A DNA stretch of 42,968 bases, from the NCBI GenBank assembly GCA_964617705.1, contig CAZTXU010000001.1, positions 1-42,968 on the forward strand, in the 5' to 3' direction. The stretch is from an uncultured Muribaculaceae bacterium. GTDB lineage: Bacteria; Bacillota_I; Bacilli_A; RF39; UBA660. Under the pieces are notes generated by a model, which saw nothing but the letters and a program-made list of their open reading frames with translations, was not told the origin of the DNA and ran no database searches. The first letter of the stretch is position 1, and each line of letters begins with the position of its first letter. A program made the position numbers and the translations under genes. Positions 26,021-34,468 of the stretch are shown in pieces.

Positions 26021-28723
26021 CTATTTTATTTTTGGATAACAAAGTGATATATATTGTTCTTCTGCAATACCATCATCAAACTTATCATATTTAAATTTGT
26101 AGTTATATTTATTCGACCATGATTGGATATCATAAAAACGTTTACTATACTTACTACGAGTTACTTCAATATATCTTGTTTCTCCAGGATAGTTATTATC
26201 GTATACTTCTATTTTAAATTTATTTGAATCATTTACATCTTGAATTAACCTTATAGCATTTACTGCGTGCACCCTAGAAAGACTAATAACAAGCGGATTA
26301 CCTTCATTTAATTGTTTATATAATTCATCAAATGATTTATCTGGGTCACTATAAAAACTAGTATTTTTTTCTTTAAATTGTAAAATATGTAATCGCCAAA
26401 TTGCATTTATCATTTGACTTTCATCTTTTACTACTTCTTTATTAAATGGATCAGAATCGATATTTAATAAAGCTTTTTGATATTTATTATAATCTATACC
26501 TTCGTAATCTTCAAAATAGAATGTCGCCCCAATTTTTTCCATAATATCATAGTACTCTTTCTTAATCATCAATGCATTATTTTCAATTCTATCTCTATAA
26601 CCAAGTGGATGACCATTTAAAAAAAGGTCTAATGCTTTATTGGTTATTTTGTAATCATATAACGCATAATTTTTTGAAAAATAAGTATTACTTAAATCAT
26701 ATCCATTTGATTCCTTGTATTTTTTCTTAAAACCAGTAGTAGGTACGGAAACACGTCTAGCTTTTAAAGTAATTGGTAATTCATTTTTATAATATAGCAT
26801 TGCAAAGACTGCCATGCCATAACAATGTCCGTTGGTTTTATTACTTGTAAAATTCTCAAATGAAAAACCATCTCTAGTAACTATAAAACCGCTATTAGCG
26901 CGAATCATTCCATCAATTTTAACGTCATCATCTGTGTCTACTAAATTATAATTAATATCTGCTTCAACAACCGAATAAATTTCATCTAGTGCGGAAGAAT
27001 TTGTAGCATTATAATAATCACATCCTGTTGATTCAGCAATATCATTTAAAACATTAACATCTATATTATTACCTAATCCAATAACACAAATTTTTACTTC
27101 ATTTTCTTTAGCTTGTTTAATAATTTTTTCTTTATTTGAAAATAAATCTCCTTCAGTATTTTTACCATCTGTAAGTAATACAATATAATGACCATTTTGG
27201 TCTTTTTTAAATTCTTTTATTCCTTTTTTTAATGCCGTTATTATATTAGTACCATCTATATTAGTTTCCCAATTACTTTCCATGGAATTAACTGCTTTTT
27301 TTACATTTTCTATATTATCTGTAAATTCAATTAATTTTGCATAGTTTCCTGAAAATTCAGAAACTCCAAATTGATAATTACCAGTAAATTTTTCTATCAT
27401 TTTATTTGTAAGGGTTAATCTTTTAAAAGAAATATCATTACCTACGGCTCCTGTACTGTTATTATAACCTGCTCTAACCATTTGTTCGGTACTGTACATT
27501 GAAACTGAATTATCAATTACAAACATTATTTGAGTATTATATTTTTCTAAAACAACTTTACTATCACCCATAATATATTTTGAAAAATGTTTCATTGTTA
27601 CAGTAATAGTTTTATTTTTAACATCAACTGTAGTTGGTAATGGTTCTAAATCTTTTGTATATTCATTAAAATAATATAGAGTTAAATTATTTTCATCTAA
27701 ACCTTTTGCTGCTATATCATCAGTATTATATTCAATTGTTACAACAGCACTTTCAAGTGTTCCTGTTGTATAAAAATCATAAATTGTATCAATTAAACCA
27801 TTCATATTAGAAAATGTTGAATTTTTAAATTTATCAATCGTTGTACTAGCAATATTACCTTTACCAGTTATTTGCATTGATACACCTAATTCTGATTCAT
27901 CAATCGAATAAGTTAGTGTTCTATCGCCATCTTTTATTCCATCTTCTTTAGAATAAATTTTTAATGGATTTAAATCTAAGTCTAATTCATCACCATCATT
28001 AATTCCATCTGAATCTGTATCTTTTTTTAATGGGTCTGTTTTAGTTTGTTCAATTTCAAATTTATCTGGTAAACCATCACAATCTGTATCTGCTGAATAA
28101 GGGTCTGTTCCTATTTCTTTTTCTTCAGCATCAGTTAACCCATCGCCATCACTATCAGTAGTTTTTTCATCTTTTGGAATTTCATACATTCCAAATAAAC
28201 TTTGTTGATTTTCAACAATATCATCTAAAGTAGTAACGGTTACTTTTTTTGTAATTTTTTTACCAGTTGGAGCTTCTGCTGTAATCATATAAGTTCCATT
28301 TTCTTCTGGAAGTTCCCATTCTACAGTAGTTCCGTCACTTTGAATTTCTCCATCTTTTGTACTAAATTTTATATTTGTAATTTCGTTTTGATATTTATCA
28401 AACGCTAATACATTTAGGGTTAGTGTTGTGGGGGTTGTATAAGTTACATTTGCATCGCCAAATTCATTATCCCAACTTAATTTTGTAAAATCAAACAAAC
28501 TATTAAATATATTTATACCAGTTATAATTAATATAAAACATCCTGTACCTATTAAAAATTGTTTTTTATGTTCTAGTATAAATTTTTTCACTTTTTCAAA
28601 TATGTTTTTTAATAATGATATTAAAAGCATTTTTTTCATTAATTTTTTATTAATTCGTGTGCCACATTCTGGACAAAAATCATAATTTTTATTAATTTCA
28701 TGTCCACAGTTTAAGCAAAACAT
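26021..28723 (-). CDS. Paralogue of the 61-2691 protein: zinc ribbon, TM, Ig-like module, Asp-rich Ca-binding repeats, VWA domain, C-terminal Cys/His domain
   Basis: 900-aa ORF. Motifs: CLNCG..CPECG; a TM helix; DSDGDGLTDAEE / DTDCDGLPDKFE / DTDSDGINDGDE; VIDNSVSM..LTDGKN; NGHCYGMA; VHAVNAI..VYDNNYPGE. RBS is GGAAGGAG. Confidence 0.8.
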   Translation of the reverse strand: MFCLNCGHEINKNYDFCPECGTRINKKLMKKMLLISLLKNIFEKVKKFILEHKKQFLIGTGCFILIITGINIFNSLFDFTKLSWDNEFGDANVTYTTPTTLTLNVLAFDKYQNEITNIKFSTKDGEIQSDGTTVEWELPEENGTYMITAEAPTGKKITKKVTVTTLDDIVENQQSLFGMYEIPKDEKTTDSDGDGLTDAEEKEIGTDPYSADTDCDGLPDKFEIEQTKTDPLKKDTDSDGINDGDELDLDLNPLKIYSKEDGIKDGDRTLTYSIDESELGVSMQITGKGNIASTTIDKFKNSTFSNMNGLIDTIYDFYTTGTLESAVVTIEYNTDDIAAKGLDENNLTLYYFNEYTKDLEPLPTTVDVKNKTITVTMKHFSKYIMGDSKVVLEKYNTQIMFVIDNSVSMYSTEQMVRAGYNNSTGAVGNDISFKRLTLTNKMIEKFTGNYQFGVSEFSGNYAKLIEFTDNIENVKKAVNSMESNWETNIDGTNIITALKKGIKEFKKDQNGHYIVLLTDGKNTEGDLFSNKEKIIKQAKENEVKICVIGLGNNIDVNVLNDIAESTGCDYYNATNSSALDEIYSVVEADINYNLVDTDDDVKIDGMIRANSGFIVTRDGFSFENFTSNKTNGHCYGMAVFAMLYYKNELPITLKARRVSVPTTGFKKKYKESNGYDLSNTYFSKNYALYDYKITNKALDLFLNGHPLGYRDRIENNALMIKKEYYDIMEKIGATFYFEDYEGIDYNKYQKALLNIDSDPFNKEVVKDESQMINAIWRLHILQFKEKNTSFYSDPDKSFDELYKQLNEGNPLVISLSRVHAVNAIRLIQDVNDSNKFKIEVYDNNYPGETRYIEVTRSKYSKRFYDIQSWSNKYNYKFKYDKFDDGIAEEQYISLCYPKIK

Positions 28724-28849
28724 ATATATTCTCCTTCCTTCTTATTTTAAATTTTTTAATCATATAATTCTTCATACACCTCCTATATATCTTATACAAC
28801 TTTTTTAACCCAATTTCCTTTTAATAATTTACATTTTTTTGTTTTTTTA

Positions 28850-28896
28850 AAAATAAAAACTGATAAAATTATCAATGTTCGATAACTATTATCAGT
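28850..28896 (-). terminator. Rho-independent terminator after the GNAT gene
   Basis: Outer stem ACTGATAA/TTATCAGT encloses an inner hairpin TTATC..GATAA, with T-rich sequence following on the minus strand. Confidence 0.5.
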
Positions 28897-28910
28897 TTTT
28901 TTATATTTTT

Positions 28911-29372
28911 TTAATTATTAAATATAAAAATATTGTTTTTATATTCATAATTATTAGTATAACTTTCAATTGTATTTTTCCAAAAAAGGTATGCTTCTTC
29001 ACTATTTTGAATTGGTTCAATTTCCCAATTACCTTTTAACATATTGAAAATATCATGTGCGACTCTTTTACCAATGTGATATCTTCTATAATGTGGTAGT
29101 ATTAAAAATTCAGCTATACTGTGTCCATTCGAATAATATTTCATATTTTCATTAATCATTAAAAAACCTAATATTTCATTGTTCTCACTTTTAATAAAAT
29201 AAGCTAATCTATCTTTATCAGTAAAGTAATTATTAAACCAATGATATTCAAATAATCCTTTATTATTAAGTTTATTTTCTATGTATCTACTACCATCATA
29301 TAGTGCGAATTGTAATAGATTGTATAATATTTCTTTTTCTTCTGATTTTACTTTTTCTAATTTATAATTCAT
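28911..29372 (-). CDS. GNAT family N-acetyltransferase
   Basis: 153 aa. IAEFLILPHYRRYHIGKRVAHDIF resembles the acetyl-CoA-binding motif A (R/Q-x-x-G-x-G/A-like). Confidence 0.65.
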   Translation of the reverse strand: MNYKLEKVKSEEKEILYNLLQFALYDGSRYIENKLNNKGLFEYHWFNNYFTDKDRLAYFIKSENNEILGFLMINENMKYYSNGHSIAEFLILPHYRRYHIGKRVAHDIFNMLKGNWEIEPIQNSEEAYLFWKNTIESYTNNYEYKNNIFIFNN

Positions 29373-29544
29373 TTTTATCCACCTAATTTCTTTATTAAAT
29401 ATTATTTTAAATTAATATTTTTATCATTCTATTTTGGTATTATTTTGTTCTTTTTCCATATGCAAATTATTAAACTATTAAAATAATGGTTTTTTATTTT
29501 TGGATAACCTTCAATTTGATAAACTTTATTTAATAACTTTTTTA

Positions 29545-30333
29545 TTAATCCACATCAACGCCTTTATTTAATAAAATTTTTCCTACGTAATAAATTCCTA
29601 TATTATATATTGCATATATAACTATGCCTATTATCATCACAGTTTTAAGTGTATTGGAGTTAACTAGTGTACTATTAAATATATTCATTACATCAGGGAT
29701 TACTAATCCTAAAATATATAGTATTCCAACTGATAAAATAGATAATAAAATATATATTATAAAACCGATTAAAATTGATTTTATTATTTTTAAATTGTTT
29801 GATTTATGACCTATTATAATTCCTAGTATTCCGCTTAACATCATGAATAAAAATTCAAAAAATATTGCAGTTATCATAACTAATATTAAGCTAAATACTG
29901 AACTATTAAAATATATAGCAGAGCTTTCTAAGGTTTCTTTTAATAATATCCAAGTATCTTTATTTAAGGTACAAATAGCAAGACAAATAACTATAACAAT
30001 TACTGATGTTAATAGTGTAATAATGCTGGTTAAAATTTTTGATAGAAAAATTTTGTTTTTACTTACTGGAAGGGTATGTGTTAGATAGGATTCATCTTTA
30101 TATATATTTTTTATAAATCTTGCAAAGTTTCTCATAAGGCAATTTACTAGTATACTAATGCACATTGAAATAACCACACCACAGCATATTTTATCTATTA
30201 TTAATAATATCAAAGTTGATTCAAAGTTTTCTACTATTCTTACGAAAATTGAAAATATTATTGCAAGTATATAAAATATTATAAGGGGTTTATGAACCCA
30301 TTTTAAATCATATTTTAATAATTTATTTAACAT
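29545..30333 (-). CDS. Polytopic membrane component of a YtrA-type ABC system
   Basis: 262 aa with about six hydrophobic helices. It overlaps the ABC ATPase gene by 7 nt. Confidence 0.6.
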   Translation of the reverse strand: MLNKLLKYDLKWVHKPLIIFYILAIIFSIFVRIVENFESTLILLIIDKICCGVVISMCISILVNCLMRNFARFIKNIYKDESYLTHTLPVSKNKIFLSKILTSIITLLTSVIVIVICLAICTLNKDTWILLKETLESSAIYFNSSVFSLILVMITAIFFEFLFMMLSGILGIIIGHKSNNLKIIKSILIGFIIYILLSILSVGILYILGLVIPDVMNIFNSTLVNSNTLKTVMIIGIVIYAIYNIGIYYVGKILLNKGVDVD

Positions 30334-31022
30334 TTAAATTTCCTCCTAAATATTTCATCTATTGAAGCATTTTCTTTTTTTCTAAGTTCGTCAGCTGATG
30401 ATGTTAAAACAATTTCTCCTTTATCTATAAAAATAACTTCATCTAATATTCTTTCAATATCGCTTATTAAATGTGTTGATATAATTACACTTGCACCATT
30501 ACTAAAGTTAGATAGTATTGTATCTAATATGTAATCACGAGTTGCTGGATCAACGCCGCCTAAAGGTTCGTCTAATATATAAAGTTTAGCATCTCTACTC
30601 ATTACTAATATTAATTGTAATTTTTCTTGCATACCTTTTGACATTTTATTGATTTTTTGGTTTATGTCTAAATCTAAATCTTTAAGTAATTTTATTGCTT
30701 TTTCTTTATTAAAGTTATCATAAAATTCTTCAAAGTATGTTAAAATTTCTTTAACTTTCATGTCTTTATCTAAATAGGTTCGTTCAGGTAAATAGGATAT
30801 ATTTTTTTTAGAATCTACTCCTATTATTTTTCCGTTAATTAGTATTTCTCCTTCGGAAGGTGTTAGTAAATCATTTATTAATTTAATTAAAGTTGTTTTT
30901 CCTACTCCATTTTTTCCAAGTAAACCGATAATCTTTCCACTAGATATTTTTAAATTGATATTTTTAAGTATCTTTCTATTATCATAAGATTTACTAAGAT
31001 TTTTTATTTCTAATAATTCCAT
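30327..31022 (-). CDS. ABC transporter ATP-binding protein
   Basis: Walker A GKNGVGKTT, signature MSKGMQEKL, Walker B LYILDEP, and an H-loop. Confidence 0.9.
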   Translation of the reverse strand: MELLEIKNLSKSYDNRKILKNINLKISSGKIIGLLGKNGVGKTTLIKLINDLLTPSEGEILINGKIIGVDSKKNISYLPERTYLDKDMKVKEILTYFEEFYDNFNKEKAIKLLKDLDLDINQKINKMSKGMQEKLQLILVMSRDAKLYILDEPLGGVDPATRDYILDTILSNFSNGASVIISTHLISDIERILDEVIFIDKGEIVLTSSADELRKKENASIDEIFRRKFKC

Positions 31023-31023
31023 G

Positions 31024-31380
31024 TTATTTCACCTCACTTAAGTATTTAATTGAATCTGCTTTACTAAATCCAATTCGTTTCATTCCTTCAAAATAACTTT
31101 TTGCTAGTGTTAGGGCATATTCGTTTTTTAATTTTTCTACGACTTTTTCGTCTTTTGTAACATATTTACCATTTGTTCTTTCTGTATAAATTAATCCTAC
31201 TTCTTCAAGTTCTGTTAGTGCTTTTTGCATAGTATTTGGATTAACTTTAAAAGTTAAAGCAAAATCTCTAACTGATGGAAGTTTTTCTCCACATTTAAAT
31301 GTTCCTGAAATTATATAAATTTTAATATACTCAAGTAATTGAATATATATTGGGATATTGTTATCAAATGTTATTTCCAT
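31024..31380 (-). CDS. GntR family (YtrA subfamily) transcriptional regulator
   Basis: 118 aa. The winged-HTH motif is KLPSVRDFALTFKVNPNTMQKALTELEEVGLIYT. The short C-terminal region is typical of the YtrA subfamily. Confidence 0.85.
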   Translation of the reverse strand: MEITFDNNIPIYIQLLEYIKIYIISGTFKCGEKLPSVRDFALTFKVNPNTMQKALTELEEVGLIYTERTNGKYVTKDEKVVEKLKNEYALTLAKSYFEGMKRIGFSKADSIKYLSEVK

Positions 31381-31392
31381 ATTTACCTCCGC

Positions 31393-31446
31393 TGTATTAT
31401 TCGACTAATACAATGATATTGTATATCTATTTTTATATTATGTCAA
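31393..31446 (-). promoter_or_regulatory. Promoter and candidate GntR operator of the GntR-ABC operon
   Basis: Minus strand reads TTGACA, a 17-nt spacer, then TACAAT (31446-31418). Downstream is a perfect 7-bp inverted repeat, TGTATTA-N6-TAATACA (31393-31412), between the -10 element and the RBS. Confidence 0.55.
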
Positions 31447-31752
31447 GATATTTCTAACAATACATTCATCATCTACTACTAGATGTATTTGTGGTAGTAA
31501 TTGTACATTAGCACCTTTTCTATTACTACCTATTAAGTCCTTCTTTCTTGGTAATAAGTTTAAATAAAGTATTTTTTCAACCATTGTTTGCTGGTGTTTA
31601 TCCTAATATAACTATTTTATTTTCTTTACCTATCGAAACTGTTTTGGCATTAGGAGATTTTTCTACCATATCATTACATATATTACATTTATGTATTTCT
31701 TTATCAATACTATTTAATATAAATACACCCCCATTATTTAGATTAGGCCATT

Positions 31753-31777
31753 AAAAAACAGATAATTAATATCTGTT
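31753..31777 (-). terminator. Orphan Rho-independent terminator in a decayed region
   Basis: Hairpin AACAGATA-loop-TATCTGTT is followed by a T run on the minus strand. Confidence 0.35.
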
Positions 31778-31797
31778 AATATATAATTGCCTTTTTA

Positions 31798-31944
31798 TTA
31801 TAATAACCAATCTACTACATTTATTTTTGTTATATCATCATAATTTGTTTCTTAATCATCTACTTTACCAACATATACTTTATATCATCTTCTAAGTAAT
31901 TCAAGATATACTATGGTTTCTAATATATAATCTATATCACTATC
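31798..31944 (-). pseudogene. Decayed 3' fragment of an AAA+/DUF4143 (COG1373-type) ATPase gene
   Basis: Minus-strand translation gives DSDIDYILETIVYLELLRR*YKVYVGKVDD*ETNYDD.., which matches the conserved VYLELLRRGY.VYVGK.. C-terminus but carries in-frame stops. Confidence 0.5.
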
Positions 31945-31999
31945 ATTTTTTTACCTCTTTTAAATAAATCATATATTAAATTAATTTTCTATTTATTTT

Positions 32000-32960
32000 T
32001 TATTCTAAATTTAAATCATTAATATACTCTATAAAGTAGAGTAAAATATTAACTATTTTTCCATATTTACTCAAGTTATTTAATGAAAATCTAAATGATA
32101 CTTCATTATCACTTTTAGAATTAAATTTAGTCAAACTATTGTGATTAGTACTTTTATCTGATTTTACTTCTATAGGAATTATTCTATTATTTCTTTGTAT
32201 TACAAAATCTATTTCATTTCTATCAAAAGTATAATAATTAGGTGATTCATCTAGTAAATAATTTAATACATTAGCAACATAATTTTCTGTAAATGAACCT
32301 TTAAATTATTCTAAAAGTTTATTACCTTTTAAAATAATTCTACTATCTAAATTAGACATTCTTCTTAAAAGTCCAATATCATTCATATAAATCTTATATG
32401 CTGATAAATCATGATATGATTTTAAAGGAAAATCACATTTATTTACTAAATAACACTTAGATATTAAATTAGCATCATTTAAAAAGTTTAATGCTCCTTC
32501 GTATTCTCTAGCACGAACACCTTCTTTTACTACTTGATATACAAACTTTTTATTTTCTCTTGCTAATTGTGATGGTATTCCATTCCAAATTAATGATATT
32601 TTATTTATTTTTTCTATATCTTTATCATTAACCCAACATACACAGTTTCGGGCATTCCACCAATTATATAATATATTTTTAATTTTTCTATTAATCTATC
32701 TTCAAAAATTTTAGGGATTTCATTTATATCTTTGGTTTTTCTCATGACTTCTACTAAATTTTCCGAATCATCAACAATTAAAAATTCACTAAATGTCATT
32801 GGATATAAATTTTAAAAATCTACTTTGCCAACAGGCAAAGATGTTTTAGAGAGTCTTATTCCAAGAAGTGAACCTACACATACAACATGATATTCATTTG
32901 CTTCTTCACAGAAATATTTTATTGTTTCATTTTCATTTTTAAATAATTTATATAAAATCA
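32000..32960 (-). pseudogene. 5'-truncated, multiply disrupted AAA+ ATPase (DUF4143-type) pseudogene
   Basis: Translation gives ..IKYFCEEANEYHVVCVGSLLGIRLSKTSLPVGKVDF*NLYPMTFSEF.., with a TAA where homologues have Leu. There is a frameshift near 32635 after GGMPETV. A second stop gives ..GNKLLE*FKGSFTENYV... The tail ..NEIDFVIQRNNRIIPIEVKS.. follows. No P-loop region is present. Confidence 0.65.
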
Positions 32961-32984
32961 TGAATGAGATGTCTTTTTATCATT

Positions 32985-33006
32985 TATATATATATATATA
33001 TATATA
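32985..33006. repeat. (TA)11 dinucleotide microsatellite
   Basis: Read directly from the sequence: 22 nt of uninterrupted TA. Confidence 0.95.
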
Positions 33007-33240
33007 TCGTATTTATTATTTTCCAATAAATTATTAGTTATCAAATTTAATTGATAATCTTCATTATTAATTTCATAGATATCATATACTTTTTTTCTAA
33101 TTCTTTTGTTAAAGAAGATATAGAATATTCTTTTAATGTATCTATTAAACCTAATGACATCACTGTATTTCAACTATCTCATTTTTCAAAAAAATATTAT
33201 ATCAGTTTTATATACATATACAAGTGAAATAACTTATTTT

Positions 33241-33510
33241 TATATTATATGTCGGGAACAGGTGTTTTAGCTAATAATATGTTTATTGTTAGCCTAGAAA
33301 AATCACTTGCAAAAGAATATTTATATACATATTTGAAGTAAGAAAAAATATACAAAAAATTAAATATTAGTAATGGTTAATCTGCCATGCCAGTTTTAAA
33401 TTTTCGAACTATTAAAGTTGTTGATATTACATATTCAACGAATAATGAACAATTAAAAATTGAAGAATTATTTAATAACGTAGATAGCCTTATCACTCTT
33501 CATCAACATA
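33241..33510 (+). pseudogene. Inverted, decayed hsdS target-recognition-domain fragment
   Basis: Plus-strand frame reads GTGVLANNMFIVSLEKSLAKEYLYTYLK*EKIYKKLNISNG*SAMPVLNFRTIKVVDITYSTNNEQLKIEELFNNVDSLITLHQH. It has two in-frame stops and ends in the conserved LITLHQ repeat. Confidence 0.6.
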
Positions 33511-33516
33511 ATTATA

Positions 33517-34443
33517 TTAACTATTTAAAGTTGTTAAAGCTCTCATTATTTTATCTATATCTGTATTTTCTAATTCTTGAATTATATGCAAATATGTTTT
33601 TTGTGTTGTTGACATACTCGCATGCCCTAATCTATGAGCAACACTTGCTATTGATACACCTGCATATAAAAGTATTGAGGCATGAGTATGTCTTAATCCA
33701 TGTATCGATATTATGGGTATGTTAACATTTAAACAATGCCTTCTTAGAATATCATTTATTGTTGAATTATATATTTTTGAATTTATAAATATCGGTTTAT
33801 CTTGTTCCAAATCTTTAACCAATTCAGAAAACTTAATAATAGTTTGCCAATCTAACTGAACTTTTCGCTCAGAAGATTTATTTTTCGTTTCTTGAAATCC
33901 TCCATTTTCCTTGTAATTCCATGTCTTATCTACATTCAATATTTGATGGGGAAAATCAAAATCTTTTGGAGTTAGTGCCAAAGCTTCAGAAAATCTTAGT
34001 CCTGTTTTAGCAATTAAATATATCATCCAATCATAATTTATTTTGCTATTTAAATTTAAATCTGAAATTAATTTTTGCAATTCAAATTGATTAAGATATT
34101 TATCTTTCTTATCACGAGGTGTCTTACCTTTTATTATTGCTTTTCTAGTAGGATCTTTTTCTATTAATCCATCATCAACAGCATCTAAAATAGCAGCTTT
34201 TAATTGATGATGAAAATCCATTGTACTTTGTCTTTCATGTTTTTCTGCATATTTATTTAAAATTTCTTGATACGAAATCCTATTCAATTCATATATTTTT
34301 ATTTTAGGTGCAATAATTTTTAACCACTTCGCAGTTAATTTATATTTTTGCATTGTTGAGTTTCTTATAGCTCCTTCTTTATACACTTGTATCCATCTAT
34401 CATAATAGTTACAAAATAATTCATTTACATCGTTTGCGTTCAT
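33517..34443 (-). CDS. Tyrosine site-specific recombinase (phage-integrase family) associated with hsdS cassettes
   Basis: Motifs: GLRFSEALAL (Arg), HGLRHTHAS (HxxR), and LGHASMSTTQKTYLH (His..Tyr). I chose the start at 34443 (AAGGAG upstream). The longer ORF would overlap the hsdS cassette. Confidence 0.8.
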   Translation of the reverse strand: MNANDVNELFCNYYDRWIQVYKEGAIRNSTMQKYKLTAKWLKIIAPKIKIYELNRISYQEILNKYAEKHERQSTMDFHHQLKAAILDAVDDGLIEKDPTRKAIIKGKTPRDKKDKYLNQFELQKLISDLNLNSKINYDWMIYLIAKTGLRFSEALALTPKDFDFPHQILNVDKTWNYKENGGFQETKNKSSERKVQLDWQTIIKFSELVKDLEQDKPIFINSKIYNSTINDILRRHCLNVNIPIISIHGLRHTHASILLYAGVSIASVAHRLGHASMSTTQKTYLHIIQELENTDIDKIMRALTTLNS

Positions 34444-34468
34444 TTTTATTATAAATCTCCTTCTTATC

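Noticed and set aside
31548-31754. 68-aa plus-strand ORF in the decayed region.
   Set aside because: It is antisense to the clearer, though broken, minus-strand remnant. It has no RBS or recognisable motif.
32958-33173. 71-aa minus-strand ORF containing YIYIYIYI.
   Set aside because: The peptide repeat is simply the (TA)11 tract read in frame. The ORF has no RBS, and its composition is that of non-coding AT-rich DNA.
33387-33725. 112-aa plus-strand ORF (MPVLNFRTIKVV...).
   Set aside because: It is a chimera. Its first third is the tail of the decayed hsdS fragment, downstream of two in-frame stops. The rest is antisense to the 3' end of the recombinase gene. It is not an independent gene.
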